A stretch of DNA of 64,000 nucleotides from Poseidonia sp. (GTDB lineage: Archaea > Thermoplasmatota > Poseidoniia > Poseidoniales > Poseidoniaceae): NCBI GenBank assembly GCA_049617635.1, contig JBMZJQ010000001.1:17299-81298 (forward strand), read 5' to 3'. Within the stretch, counting starts at the first letter, position 1; every line of letters starts with the position of its first letter. Below, in pieces: positions 1 to 9,808 of this stretch. Both the position numbers and the translations under genes were made by a program. The notes under the pieces are model-generated. The model saw nothing but the letters and a program-made list of their open reading frames with translations, was not told where the DNA came from and did no database searches.

Positions 1-1
1 C

Positions 2-325
2 TACGGTTCCATGGGCATCTTCATCGCCGCGTTTTCACCCATTCCGTACAAGGTGCTGGGATGGATGGCAGGCATGGGCCATATGGCCAAGAAACCCTTC
101 ATCATTGCAGGCTTGGTGGGCCGCAGCCTCCGGTTTGGCCTCGAAGCCATGCTGATTGGATTGTACGGCGATGCTGCCTTCGACGCCATGATGTGGTTCT
201 TGGACAACGAAATCCTCCTCGGCCTTGGCCTGATCCTCGCGGGGGTTGCGAGTTGGTTGCTTTGGCGATGGTGGAATGGACTGGAAGGGCAACCGCCATC
301 ATCGGAAACCGAGACCGCCGCATGA
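2..325 (+). CDS. VTT/SNARE-associated (DedA/YqaA-like) membrane protein, C-terminal part; 5' end outside window
   Basis: The frame of ORF 11..325 stays open to the window edge. It is hydrophobic, and the segment FSPIPYKVLGWMAG resembles the conserved core of DedA/YqaA proteins. The family call is from remembered motifs only. Confidence 0.5.
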   Translation, partial: YGSMGIFIAAFSPIPYKVLGWMAGMGHMAKKPFIIAGLVGRSLRFGLEAMLIGLYGDAAFDAMMWFLDNEILLGLGLILAGVASWLLWRWWNGLEGQPPSSETETAA

Positions 326-375
326 GCCGTTGAAACGGGAACGGTTATGAACAGCCCACGGATGGGCGAAGCACC

Positions 376-450
376 GCTGGTGTGGTGTAGTCAGGTCCAT
401 CATTACGGGTTTTCATCCCGTCGACCCGGGTTCGAATCCCGGCACTAGCA
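376..450 (+). tRNA. tRNA-Glu (anticodon UUC)
   Basis: Manual cloverleaf. Acceptor stem GCTGGTG/CACTAGC (7 bp, one G-T). Anticodon stem ACGGG/CCCGT with loop TTTTCAT (anticodon TTC). T arm CCGGG-TTCGAAT-CCCGG, discriminator A, no encoded CCA. A T-run follows (cgttttc). It resembles archaeal tRNA-Glu sequences. Confidence 0.9.
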
Positions 451-558
451 TAAATGGCCCGCAGTCCCTCGTTTTCACGAAGTTTTCAACCCGAATCAAA
501 GGCTGATTTCATCCGGCCCTACGGTCAAAGTTAAGGGGTCGCGGCCTTCCCAAACAAC

Positions 559-1020
559 ATGGTCACCGTAGGAGACACCGCCCCCGCCTTTACCTTGACA
601 GCCACTGACAAAAGTCAGGTGAGCCTCGCCGATTTCGCTGGCCAGCGCGTGGTGCTGGCGTTCTATCCTGCGGCCTTCACCGGCGTGTGCACCGCAGAAA
701 TGTGCGCTTTCCGTGACTCCATGGCGAACCTGAACGATGTTGGAGCGACCGTCCTCGGTGTGTCGGTTGACGCACCGTTCTCCAACGGAGCCTTTGCCAA
801 AGAAAACGGCCTTGAATTCACCCTCCTCTCGGACGTGCACCGAACCATGATCACCGATTACGGCATGACCTTCGAGAACTTCGTTATCGAGGGATACACC
901 GTGGCCAACCGCGGCGTCGTCATCGTTGAAAGCGACGGTACGGTCGGTTACACCTGGACGTGCGAGAGCCTCGGTCAGGAACCCGATTACGAGGCCATCA
1001 TCGCTCACTGCGCTCAGTGA
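559..1020 (+). CDS. peroxiredoxin (AhpC/TSA-Bcp family thiol peroxidase)
   Basis: 153 aa. YPAAFTGVCTAE matches the PxxxT/SxxC peroxidatic-Cys motif. Confidence 0.85.
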   Translation: MVTVGDTAPAFTLTATDKSQVSLADFAGQRVVLAFYPAAFTGVCTAEMCAFRDSMANLNDVGATVLGVSVDAPFSNGAFAKENGLEFTLLSDVHRTMITDYGMTFENFVIEGYTVANRGVVIVESDGTVGYTWTCESLGQEPDYEAIIAHCAQ

Positions 1021-1021
1021 A

Positions 1022-1870
1022 TCAAGCCAGCGTTCCGTTTTGGAAATCTTCGATGGCCTGGTAGATTTCCTCTCGTGTGTTCATGACGAAGGGACCGTAA
1101 CGTGCAATGGGTTCGTCAATTTCTGGACCCCCGAGCAACAAGCACTCCGCTCCTGCTGAACCGGCGACCAGCGTGACGTGCTCACCTTCTGACAGCAGAC
1201 CGAGCCCACCGTCACGGAGTGTTTTGCCTTCAATCTCCATGTCACCGCCAAAGGCGTAGACCATCAGGTTGTGATCGGCCGTGGACGGGTGGGTGTATCG
1301 TGCACCCGACTCCAACTTGAGGTGAATGTACGTGATGGGAATGACCGTATCAATGACGGCTTCAACACCGAGGGCTTTGCCTGCGATGACCTTGGCCCAC
1401 ACATCACCTTCCGATGAAGTCGCCTCGGGAATTTCGCTGGAGGGAATGTCCTGATAGCGAGGAGCCATCATTTTGTCCTTGGCAGGGAGGTTCACCCAAA
1501 TTTGGAAACCGTGCATCAATCCTCCTTGCTCCATCATCTGGTCTTGGGGCAATTCGGAATGGATAACGCCTCTTCCAGCCGTCATCCACTGGACATCGCC
1601 GGGATTGAGGTCGCCACTGTTTCCTGCCGAATCGGCATGCTTCATACCACCTGCGAGGAGGTAGGTGACGGTCTCAAATCCCCGATGAGGATGGTCGGGT
1701 GCGCCGACGGCTTCGCCCGGCCCGTAGGTGACCGGCCCCATTTCATCAAGCAGCAAGAACGGACTCATGAGTCGGCCCATGGCGACCGGGCGTCGAACTC
1801 TGAAACCACCACCTTCCAAGACGGTGTGGGTGGGGACGATTGAACGAAGGGTTCGGTTCATGAGGCTCAC
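1022..1870 (-). CDS. pirin family protein
   Basis: HPHRGFETVTYLLAG is the pirin N-terminal metal-binding signature, and the two-cupin length fits. The start at 1870 is GTG (GTGA overlap with the upstream stop); an alternative ATG lies at 1861. Confidence 0.85.
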   Translation of the reverse strand: MSLMNRTLRSIVPTHTVLEGGGFRVRRPVAMGRLMSPFLLLDEMGPVTYGPGEAVGAPDHPHRGFETVTYLLAGGMKHADSAGNSGDLNPGDVQWMTAGRGVIHSELPQDQMMEQGGLMHGFQIWVNLPAKDKMMAPRYQDIPSSEIPEATSSEGDVWAKVIAGKALGVEAVIDTVIPITYIHLKLESGARYTHPSTADHNLMVYAFGGDMEIEGKTLRDGGLGLLSEGEHVTLVAGSAGAECLLLGGPEIDEPIARYGPFVMNTREEIYQAIEDFQNGTLA

Positions 1871-2367
1871 ACCCTGGACATGCTGTGCAACATGGCATCG
1901 ATGGTCTCTGGATTCGCTGGCTTGTTTCGATTGGTGACCAACGACCGGCCAATCACGTTGCAGCCAAGGAAGGAAAATTGGTGGCGCATCGCCATGATGA
2001 CATGCGAGCCGCCACCTCCCGAGTGGGTGCCCAACGCCACTGTACGGTCGCGGAACAGACGACGGAAATCATCGCCTTCCCGACTCAGCCAAGCGATGGC
2101 GTTGTTGAGGACGGGAGGGACAGAGCCGTTGTATTCCGGAGCGAACACGAACCAAGCGTCGCCTTGCTCCAATCGACCGATGAGGTCGCTGATGCCCTCA
2201 AGCGTGGGCGTAGCTCGCTCGCGTTCGACGGTGTAGATGGGAAAATCGTACGCGTTGAGAGCGACGTGCTCAACGGTGTGGCCAAGCGCCAAAGCACGCT
2301 GTTCGACCAACCGTGCCAGTTCCGCATTGTTGCCGTCGGAAGCGTGGATGAACACATGATGTGCCAT
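1867..2367 (-). CDS. NAD(P)H-dependent FMN reductase (flavodoxin-like fold)
   Basis: 166 aa. APEYNGSVPPVLNNAIAWLS matches the conserved PEYNgs..g.LKNaiDW segment of the FMN_red family. Confidence 0.8.
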   Translation of the reverse strand: MAHHVFIHASDGNNAELARLVEQRALALGHTVEHVALNAYDFPIYTVERERATPTLEGISDLIGRLEQGDAWFVFAPEYNGSVPPVLNNAIAWLSREGDDFRRLFRDRTVALGTHSGGGGSHVIMAMRHQFSFLGCNVIGRSLVTNRNKPANPETIDAMLHSMSRV

Positions 2368-2425
2368 GCCCCACCGATGAAGCAGGCGGCTATATGAGTA
2401 GCCGTTTCAAGTCGGAGATGACCAT

Positions 2426-2614
2426 TTACGATTCAGCGGCCTGGTTGTAGGCCTCGGTGAACCGTTCCATCCAGGTGTCTCGCTCTTCGTTCGGACTCGA
2501 CATAATGTCCTGATGGGCCTCAAAGTAATGGGGCATCATCAAGGTCAACATTTCTCGAAGTGAAGAGGCCTCAATGACTACGGCACCGCAATCGATGCAT
2601 GCCATTTTGACCAT
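2426..2614 (-). CDS. small hypothetical protein (possibly DUF1059-like)
   Basis: 62 aa with an ATG start. MACIDCG...EAH loosely resembles small DUF1059 proteins. Weak call. Confidence 0.4.
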   Translation of the reverse strand: MVKMACIDCGAVVIEASSLREMLTLMMPHYFEAHQDIMSSPNEERDTWMERFTEAYNQAAES

Positions 2615-2738
2615 GCCCCCGGCTGGGGGTGAAGGTTACTTGAAGTTGACCGAAGGGGAAGGAAACAGAGGGAACGGCGTTGGATTCAGCGAGGGGATTA
2701 TAGCCCACGGCCGTTGAACAAATCATGTGTCTGAAGCC

Positions 2739-3005
2739 ATGATTCTGGAGCATGCCTCCATGGCCGAAACCGACTTCCTCGTTTATACCGGTCACTTTTG
2801 CGGATACTGTCGTGCGCTCAAAAACCTCCTGAACACCAAGGAATTGTCGTTCACGGAATACAACTTTGACGAGCAAGCACCCGAAATGCGCAACCTTGTG
2901 GTTCGGGCAACGGGGCATCGAACCGTTCCAGTGGTGTTTGACCTCCGAGGTGAACAGCCGCTCTTTATCGGTGGGTTCGACGAGACCAAGCGCTACCTCA
3001 AGTGA
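2739..3005 (+). CDS. glutaredoxin
   Basis: FLVYTGHFCGYC (CxxC), TVPVVF and GGFDE are glutaredoxin hallmarks. The track start 2727 is GTG. In-frame ATGs lie at 2739 and 2760, and ATTATAG at about 2697-2703 is a possible TATA box. Confidence 0.8.
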   Translation: MILEHASMAETDFLVYTGHFCGYCRALKNLLNTKELSFTEYNFDEQAPEMRNLVVRATGHRTVPVVFDLRGEQPLFIGGFDETKRYLK

Positions 3006-3600
3006 TGGTCGTCAGCCATTCTTTGAGGGCATCGTGATGTTCAGTGGGGATCATGTGACCTTTCTGGTGTTCAACCAACTCCACCGCCCAACCGGCGGTT
3101 TCAAACAGATGGGCAACCGCCCAACCGTCCTCAATCGGTACGCGAACATCCTTCTCACCGTGCATCCAAAACAAGCGCTTTGAGCCCAACTCCTCCAACC
3201 TCAACCGAAGTTCCATCGGACGAACCAACCGCGTCGCCATGCAGACAACACCCTCAATTCGGTCAGCGATGGGCAACTGGAGCAATTCCTGTGCCATGGC
3301 ACCACCTTGGGAAAAACCTCCCACCACAAGTGGGCCAAGCGGCGCTTCTTCAGCGATGAGTTTCTCCAATTGCGAAAGGCTGGCATCAACGTCCATCAAT
3401 TCCCTGCGAGAGAGGTTCATTCGACGGGTGACATCGGCATCGAAATCCTCGTATCGCCACCACGTGAAGCCGCGGTTTGGATGCGGGTAACGCGCTTGGG
3501 GCACCAACAGTGTCCAGCCCTCGGGAAGGATCTTTTCGGCAAACGGCCGCATCATCGAGGCATCACCCGTCATGCCGTGCATCATGATGAGGGTGGGCAT
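2998..3600 (-). CDS. alpha/beta hydrolase, phospholipase/carboxylesterase family
   Basis: 200 aa. It has the nucleophile elbow GGFSQGGAMA and a C-terminal His (QKGHMIP). Confidence 0.75.
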   Translation of the reverse strand: MPTLIMMHGMTGDASMMRPFAEKILPEGWTLLVPQARYPHPNRGFTWWRYEDFDADVTRRMNLSRRELMDVDASLSQLEKLIAEEAPLGPLVVGGFSQGGAMAQELLQLPIADRIEGVVCMATRLVRPMELRLRLEELGSKRLFWMHGEKDVRVPIEDGWAVAHLFETAGWAVELVEHQKGHMIPTEHHDALKEWLTTIT

Positions 3601-3609
3601 GGGCGTCCC

Positions 3610-4566
3610 TCACAAGGTCCACTGCGTGGTGATCGCTCCGGCAACTTTGAGATGAAGCGAGGAGGACTGGCCGCGAAGCGTGATGGTGAGCGAATAGTCT
3701 CCCGAGAGCGAAGGAATGGTGCCGATGGCGCCTTTTTCAGTCGCTCCAGAGCCCCAGGCACGCGTCAACGGGGAAGCGCCTTGGTGGTCTTTCATGGTCA
3801 GTGTACCCGACCCACCGCCTGCGATTTCAACATCCAAGTACCAGACGAGAACATCCCAATCATCCCCGTCGGGATGACCGCTGTCAAGGAACGAATCGTA
3901 GATGTCGTTGTCGTTTTGCTGGTACGTGCTGTCCAACAGGTCGCGGGCTTGGTAAAAATACACGTCACCTTCGTACCCGGTTCGTGATTGTGTGAGGGTC
4001 ATTCGCAACTGTTCGATGCTGGCCTCATCGGTCCACACCAAGGAATCGATGAAGCCTTCCCGACCGCTAAAGGCGTAGATGAGGCGATGGCCCTCGTCCG
4101 AATCGGCGACCACATCAACCACGCCGTTGTAGATGGAAACCGTGGAAGCCGTCCAAGCCTGACCAAACAAGGTGAACGACCATGTTTGTCCCTCTTCCCA
4201 AGGGAAGTTGAACACCGGCTGAGCCTCACCTTGCTCATAGACGGAAAGACCGTCCATGGTGATTCGACCGAGGAAGGGGTTGTGGTTGATGACGGCATGG
4301 CGCTGGGCCTCACGCTCGTTTGAAATGCCCAATCGGTAGAGTTGGTCGTCTTCGTCCATTTCGGCCACGACCAAACGTGCACTGTCTTCACCAAACTGAG
4401 GCGTCGTGAAGGTGTAGAGCCACTGGTCCCCGACCGACCAGGTGGGGAGAACCAACTCTTCGGCCCTCGTATCACCTTGACCGGAGGTCGAAACGGTTGG
4501 GCCGTCAAGACAACCTGCAAGACTGAGCGAAAGCATGAGCAGGGACATGAACCACACGCTTCGCAT
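3610..4566 (-). CDS. secreted lipoprotein, unknown function
   Basis: The track start 4581 is TTG; the first ATG at 4566 gives MRSVWFMSLLMLSLSLAGC (signal peptide plus lipobox). It contains PTWSVGDQWLY and NFPWEEGQTWS motifs that are shared with the CDS at 62340. Confidence 0.7.
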   Translation of the reverse strand: MRSVWFMSLLMLSLSLAGCLDGPTVSTSGQGDTRAEELVLPTWSVGDQWLYTFTTPQFGEDSARLVVAEMDEDDQLYRLGISNEREAQRHAVINHNPFLGRITMDGLSVYEQGEAQPVFNFPWEEGQTWSFTLFGQAWTASTVSIYNGVVDVVADSDEGHRLIYAFSGREGFIDSLVWTDEASIEQLRMTLTQSRTGYEGDVYFYQARDLLDSTYQQNDNDIYDSFLDSGHPDGDDWDVLVWYLDVEIAGGGSGTLTMKDHQGASPLTRAWGSGATEKGAIGTIPSLSGDYSLTITLRGQSSSLHLKVAGAITTQWTL

Positions 4567-4605
4567 GGTCAGTGGTCTCAAGCCTTGCTTGAAAGCCTAA
4601 CGCTC

Positions 4606-4622
4606 CCAAGCACCACGCTTGG
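4606..4622 (-). other. inverted repeat (6-bp stem CCAAGC/GCTTGG, 5-nt loop) just downstream of the hppA stop
   Basis: Read directly from the sequence. No flanking T-run, so the function is unknown. Confidence 0.25.
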
Positions 4623-4627
4623 TGTGC

Positions 4628-6691
4628 TCAAAGCAGACCGTTCTGGGTCATCACGTCGGCGCCGGCGAGGACGACGGCCACGATGGACATCAGCTTGATC
4701 AGAATGTTGAGCGAAGGGCCCGAGGTGTCCTTGAACGGGTCGCCGATGGTGTCGCCGATGACGGCAGCATCGTGAGCCTCGTCGCCCTTCTTGGCGCCGG
4801 GAATGTGGTCTTGCTCGATGGCTTTCTTGGCGTTGTCCCAAGCACCGCCAGCGTTGGCCATGAACAAGGCCAACAACACACCGGAGACCAGGGAACCGGC
4901 CAACAAGCCGCCGAGAGCGTCGTATCCGAGAACATAGCCAACGAGCACGGGGGCCACAACGGCCACCACACCGGGGCCAACCATTTCACGAAGGGCGGCC
5001 TTGGTGGAGATGTCAACACAGGTTTGCGAATCAGGCTTCACGCCTTCCTTGCCTTCGAGGAGGCCTGGGATTTCCTTGAACTGGCGACGGATTTCAACAA
5101 CCATGTCGCCAGCAGCCTTGCCCACGGAGGTCATGGTCATAGCGGCCACAACGAAGGGCAAACCGCCACCGATGAGCAGGCCGATGACGACCATGGGGTT
5201 GGTCAACTCGAGGTTCAGATTGTCGGCACCGATGGCCGAGGTGTATGCTGCAAACAGAGCGAGAGCGGTCAGTGCAGCGGAACCGATGGCGAAGCCCTTC
5301 CCAACAGCGGCGGTGGTGTTGCCGATGGAGTCGAGTTCGTCGGTGATGGCACGGACGTCCTCGCCCAAGCCACTCATCTCTGCGATACCGCCGGCGTTGT
5401 CCGCAACAGGGCCGTAGGCGTCGACCGTCATGGTGACGCCGACCGTAGCGAGCATGCCCATGGCGGCCATGGCAATGCAGTAGAGCCCGTACGTGTCGCC
5501 ACCCAGTTGGTTGGCACCGAGGATGCCCAAAGCGATGAGGACGACGGGAATGAAGGTGGACATCATGCCGACGGACAGGCCAGCGATGGCGTTGGTGGCT
5601 GGACCGGTCTTGGACATCTCACCGATGTGTTGGATGGCCTTGGTCTTCACACCCATCACGGGCTCGATACCCGTGTAGTACTCGGTGACCAGACCGATAA
5701 GGATACCGACGATGCTGCCGAGCACCACGGAGTGCATGATACCCATCTCGACGTTGATGAAGCCTTGGCTGATGGCAGCGTAGCCACCGAGCCAGAACAG
5801 CCCCGCACCGATGAACGTGGTGTTGCGCAGAGCAACGGCAGGGTCGTCGCCGTTCTTCAGAATGGCCATCGAGAACACACCGACGATGGAAGCGATGTAG
5901 CCGATGAAGCCGAGGAGAATGGGCATCATCACGTAGTCGACGTCCCAGCCATCGGAAGTGCTGGCGATGATCATGGCGGCGATGATGGAACCGACGAAGG
6001 ATTCGAAGATGTCCGCACCCATGCCGGCGACGTCACCAACGTTGTCGCCGACGTTGTCAGCGATAACACCGGGGTTGCGAGGGTCGTCTTCAGGAATACC
6101 TGCTTCGACCTTGCCGACGAGGTCAGCACCGACGTCGGCAGCCTTGGTGTAGATTCCGCCGCCGACACGAGCGAACAGTGCAATCGAGGATGCACCCATA
6201 CCGAAGCCAGCAGCTGCGGAAAGGTCAGCGCCGCCTTCAGCATCGAGCCAAAGAGCGACGAGGGAAATACCGAGGAGGCCGAGGCCACCAACCGACAGGC
6301 CCATGACGGCCCCGCCGTTGTAGGAGACGGCCAAGGCACCGGCTCGACCTTCGGACTTGGCGGCCATGGCGGTTCGGCCGTTGGCCGAGGTCGCTGCTCG
6401 CATGCCGGAGAAACCGGCGAGCACGGAGGCGATGGCACCCAAGAAGAAGGCAATGGCGGTGTTGGCGTCGTTGATGAAGAACAACAAGCCACCGACGGCC
6501 ACACAGAAAATGGCGAGGACTCGGTACTCAGCGAAGAGGAACGCCATCGCACCTTTTTGAATTTCATCGGTGATGTCGGCAACCGTTTCGTTGTCGATCT
6601 TCACTTTGTTCACTTGTTGGTAAAGCACGAACGCAATCAGCAAACCAACGGCTGCTGCGCCTGCCGAAATCAGTGCAATGTTTGTCATCAT
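4628..6691 (-). CDS. hppA: membrane-bound H+-translocating pyrophosphatase
   Basis: Polytopic protein of about 687 aa with the signatures [20 protein letters not shown] and DNVGDNVGD. The track start 6700 is GTG; ATG at 6691 has a GGTGAT SD 4 nt upstream. Confidence 0.95.
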   Translation of the reverse strand: MMTNIALISAGAAAVGLLIAFVLYQQVNKVKIDNETVADITDEIQKGAMAFLFAEYRVLAIFCVAVGGLLFFINDANTAIAFFLGAIASVLAGFSGMRAATSANGRTAMAAKSEGRAGALAVSYNGGAVMGLSVGGLGLLGISLVALWLDAEGGADLSAAAGFGMGASSIALFARVGGGIYTKAADVGADLVGKVEAGIPEDDPRNPGVIADNVGDNVGDVAGMGADIFESFVGSIIAAMIIASTSDGWDVDYVMMPILLGFIGYIASIVGVFSMAILKNGDDPAVALRNTTFIGAGLFWLGGYAAISQGFINVEMGIMHSVVLGSIVGILIGLVTEYYTGIEPVMGVKTKAIQHIGEMSKTGPATNAIAGLSVGMMSTFIPVVLIALGILGANQLGGDTYGLYCIAMAAMGMLATVGVTMTVDAYGPVADNAGGIAEMSGLGEDVRAITDELDSIGNTTAAVGKGFAIGSAALTALALFAAYTSAIGADNLNLELTNPMVVIGLLIGGGLPFVVAAMTMTSVGKAAGDMVVEIRRQFKEIPGLLEGKEGVKPDSQTCVDISTKAALREMVGPGVVAVVAPVLVGYVLGYDALGGLLAGSLVSGVLLALFMANAGGAWDNAKKAIEQDHIPGAKKGDEAHDAAVIGDTIGDPFKDTSGPSLNILIKLMSIVAVVLAGADVMTQNGLL

Positions 6692-6845
6692 TTGTATCAC
6701 CTGTTGCCCTGCGCCACTTAGGAACCCTTCATAAGCCGTTCCCCCTTGAAAAGACCCGCAGTGACGGTTTTTTACAGACGGAGCGTAAGCCGAATGGATT
6801 TTGTCTTGGGCAATCGTTCAAAGAGGTGGAAGCGGTCGCCGAACC

Positions 6846-7199
6846 ATGAGCATCACAGCCGAGGAGATCCTCGCTGAGATTGGACCCGTCCAGGAAATCT
6901 TGGACGAACACGACGGCGTGGTGACCGTGATCGACACCTCGGACGGCAACATCATGCTCTCGCTTGATGGCGGCTGCACCGGTTGTTCCTCAACGCCGAT
7001 GACCGCCATGCAAATTTACTACTCGCTGAAGAAACTCGACCAGGTGAACGACGTCATCTTTGTCAACGGGGAATTGCCCGAATACATGCGGACGTTCATC
7101 GACCAGAAGATGGCCAAGGAAGCAGAGGAAAACGACGCCAACGGAACGGCATCAAAGGACAACGATGGCGGCGACGAACCCCAAGGCGAGATCGTTTGA
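6846..7199 (+). CDS. NifU-like (Nfu C-terminal domain) Fe-S cluster assembly protein with acidic tail
   Basis: GGCTGCSSTPMT matches the NifU CxxC motif. The first ATG is at 6846; the track start 6801 is TTG. Confidence 0.75.
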   Translation: MSITAEEILAEIGPVQEILDEHDGVVTVIDTSDGNIMLSLDGGCTGCSSTPMTAMQIYYSLKKLDQVNDVIFVNGELPEYMRTFIDQKMAKEAEENDANGTASKDNDGGDEPQGEIV

Positions 7200-7529
7200 T
7201 CACTCCTCTTCGCTCGACCGACCGATGCTGTGTGGATTGGCGCCGAAGGACACGTTTTCCCCTTTGATGTTCATCCGAGCAGAAATCGCCAAAATGACGC
7301 AAAAAAGGGCAAGCGGACGAGGAAGGTAGGACGAGCCCCAGAGCTGTCCTCCCAGCGTCGGCAACCACCAGAGCACGGCAGCAGCCGCAAGGAGGCACAC
7401 GAAAATCACGTTTTGTACGGCTTGTTCGGCCCGTGGTGAGCGGGAAAACGTCGCAATGAAAGTGAACAACACCGCTGAGATGCCGCACAAGGCTTCAGCG
7501 AGCAACTCAACACTCGAGGCTTCCACCAT
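7200..7529 (-). CDS. small membrane protein, unknown function
   Basis: About three hydrophobic helices. ATG at 7529 has a GGTGGAG SD 6 nt upstream; the longer start at 7562 lacks an SD. Confidence 0.45.
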   Translation of the reverse strand: MVEASSVELLAEALCGISAVLFTFIATFSRSPRAEQAVQNVIFVCLLAAAAVLWWLPTLGGQLWGSSYLPRPLALFCVILAISARMNIKGENVSFGANPHSIGRSSEEE

Positions 7530-7607
7530 GGTACGCTCCACCCGGTGTATGTTCTTGAACATGGGCCTTGGCGAACCTTTGTGTAGGGTCGTCAGCCTCT
7601 TCTCCGC

Positions 7608-9545
7608 ATGGCAGGCGGTTCGTTCTCACTTCCCAAACCACGGCCCAACGGACCGCCGTTTTACTCACGCAACCAAATCGCCAACGTGCTGCACCAAGTA
7701 GCGGTGTTGCTCGAACTTCAAGGAGCCAACGTGTTTCGGGTTCGTTCCTACCAGAACGCAAGCCGTATGCTTGGAAGTTTGACCGAAGATTTGGCGGAAC
7801 TGGTCGCAAGCGGTGAAATCTACGAGATGAAAGGTATTGGCAAAGGACTCGGCAGCGCCCTGACCCAAGCCATCAGCGAAGGGCAGTGGCCCGATGACTG
7901 GGTGGACCTGCACACGAGTACACCTCCCGGCCTCATCGAGATGTTAGGGATACCTGGCTTGGGCCCCAAGCGAATCAAATTGATGGCCGATGAACTGGGT
8001 GTTGACTCCGTTGCGAGCCTCAAGCAGGCGGCGCTCGACAACAACATCGCCCCCATGAAGGGGTTTGGTGCCAAATCACAACAGCGCATACTCGACGGCA
8101 TTGAGTTGCTTTCCCGCTTTCGCGCCCGCCGAAGGCTCGACATTGGGTTGCGGTACGGTGAAGCCTTCCAGCGAAAAATCGCCGCCCTCGACGGGGTTCA
8201 TCGAGCGACGCTGGCCGGGAGTGCTCGTCGTCGCAAGGACACCATTGGCGACCTTGATGTCGTCGTTGCTGTGGACGAAACCGACCACGAAGCGGTCGCC
8301 AACGCCATCTTGAATCTCCCCGGAATTGCCGACGTCAAAGGCGCGGGTGATTCCAAAATTAGCCTCATCCTCGACACGACCATCTTCGACGAATCGTTCA
8401 CGGTGGGTCACATCGACCCAAACGTGCTTGACGCCATCGGCGGTGATGACTACGAGCAGTTGGAAGCGGGAGGGACCATCGACGCACAAGTTCGCCTCGT
8501 TCCACCCCACGTTGAACCGTTCACCTTGGCCTATTTCACCGGCAGCAAAGAACACAACATCGCCATGCGACAACGGGCCATCGACCGAGGCCTTCGCCTC
8601 AACGAATTCGGATTGATTCCCGAGGCAAAAGCAGGCGAACTCAAGGGCATGGATGCGGCTGTTCACTCACTGGTCGCCAGCGATGAGGCAGCGATTTATG
8701 CCCACCTCGACATGGCGTATGTCCCTCCTGAATTGCGAGAGGACATGGGTGAAGTCGATGCGGCCGCCAGCGGTGCATTACCGACACTGATCCAAACTTC
8801 CGACATCAGAGGGTCGCTCCACAACCACACCACCTTGTCGGACGGGGAAGCGAGTCTGGAAGTCATGGCGGACACGGCTCGCAAGATGGGTTGGTCCTGG
8901 TTGGGCATCGCTGACCACTCGCCCACGCTGAAAATCGCCAACGGCGCAAGCGCAGACGACCTGCTTGCTCAAGGGCGAACCATCAAGCAATACAACGCGA
9001 ATTGGGCATCGGAGGGCGTTGATTTCCGTTTGTTCCACGGGGTGGAATCCGACATTCTCGAAGGAGGAAAACTCGACCACCCCGATGACGTGCTCGCAGA
9101 ATTGGACTACGTGGTGGCCAGTGTCCACGCCATGACGAAATGGCGGGGCAGAGACGAGGTTGACAACACGGAGGAGTTGATGAAGGTCATCGACCATCCT
9201 GCCACCACCGTGCTCGGCCACCCTACGGGGCGCATCTTGCAGGGGCGGGAAGGCTACGAAGTGGACTTGTTTGCCGTGCTTGAACACATGGCCGAGCACA
9301 ACGAAGAAGGGCGACTCAAAGCGGTTGAACTCAACGCCAGCCCCTATCGCTTGGACTTGGACTGGCGGTTGTGCAAACACGCCAAAGGACTCGGCGTGCC
9401 CGTTGCCATCAATCCCGACGCTCACTCCATCCGTGGCCTGAGCGACATCGCTTACGGCGTGATGACCGCCCGCAAAGGGTGGCTGGAGCCAGAAAACACG
9501 CTCAATGCGCTTGGTGGAGCCGACCTCGCATCCAGATTGGCTTGA
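7608..9545 (+). CDS. polX: DNA polymerase X family protein with C-terminal PHP (histidinol-phosphatase) domain
   Basis: HhH GIGKGLG, nucleotidyltransferase motif LAGSARRRKDTIGDLDVVVA, and PHP motif HNHTTLSDG. Confidence 0.9.
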   Translation: MAGGSFSLPKPRPNGPPFYSRNQIANVLHQVAVLLELQGANVFRVRSYQNASRMLGSLTEDLAELVASGEIYEMKGIGKGLGSALTQAISEGQWPDDWVDLHTSTPPGLIEMLGIPGLGPKRIKLMADELGVDSVASLKQAALDNNIAPMKGFGAKSQQRILDGIELLSRFRARRRLDIGLRYGEAFQRKIAALDGVHRATLAGSARRRKDTIGDLDVVVAVDETDHEAVANAILNLPGIADVKGAGDSKISLILDTTIFDESFTVGHIDPNVLDAIGGDDYEQLEAGGTIDAQVRLVPPHVEPFTLAYFTGSKEHNIAMRQRAIDRGLRLNEFGLIPEAKAGELKGMDAAVHSLVASDEAAIYAHLDMAYVPPELREDMGEVDAAASGALPTLIQTSDIRGSLHNHTTLSDGEASLEVMADTARKMGWSWLGIADHSPTLKIANGASADDLLAQGRTIKQYNANWASEGVDFRLFHGVESDILEGGKLDHPDDVLAELDYVVASVHAMTKWRGRDEVDNTEELMKVIDHPATTVLGHPTGRILQGREGYEVDLFAVLEHMAEHNEEGRLKAVELNASPYRLDLDWRLCKHAKGLGVPVAINPDAHSIRGLSDIAYGVMTARKGWLEPENTLNALGGADLASRLA

Positions 9546-9590
9546 GGCCGTGAAGCACACATTGATGACTCTCGGGGATGTGGAAACACC

Positions 9591-9800
9591 ATGCGAACCC
9601 TCCGAACCCTGATCATGGGCAGCATGATGGTCATTCCCGGACTTCTGCTGGGCCTGCTGGTGTGGTACATCGCAGGGAAACCCGAAACAGAACCGCTTGA
9701 AACGCTCATTTGCAACGGTATTCCACTGACTTCAATTTTCCTCGGATTGTACTTCGGGTGGCAAACCGGTGAAGAATACAGCGCCACGTACGAAGGCTAG
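9591..9800 (+). CDS. small two-helix membrane protein, unknown
   Basis: 69 aa with two hydrophobic stretches. It sits between polX and nth on the same strand. Confidence 0.4.
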   Translation: MRTLRTLIMGSMMVIPGLLLGLLVWYIAGKPETEPLETLICNGIPLTSIFLGLYFGWQTGEEYSATYEG

Positions 9801-9808
9801 GTGGGTCC

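Noticed and set aside
326-558. tRNA-Glu as a possible integration hotspot for a mobile element or genomic island
   Set aside because: I noticed no integrase, transposase or phage-like gene and no direct repeat of the tRNA 3' end in the window. The flanking genes are ordinary redox housekeeping genes.
4619-6721. 700-aa ORF on the plus strand covering the whole hppA locus
   Set aside because: It is the antisense frame of a gene with unmistakable H+-PPase signatures. The translation is Gly/Asp/His/Val-rich low-complexity sequence typical of the stop-poor antisense frame of GC3-rich genes, and it has no SD or motif support.
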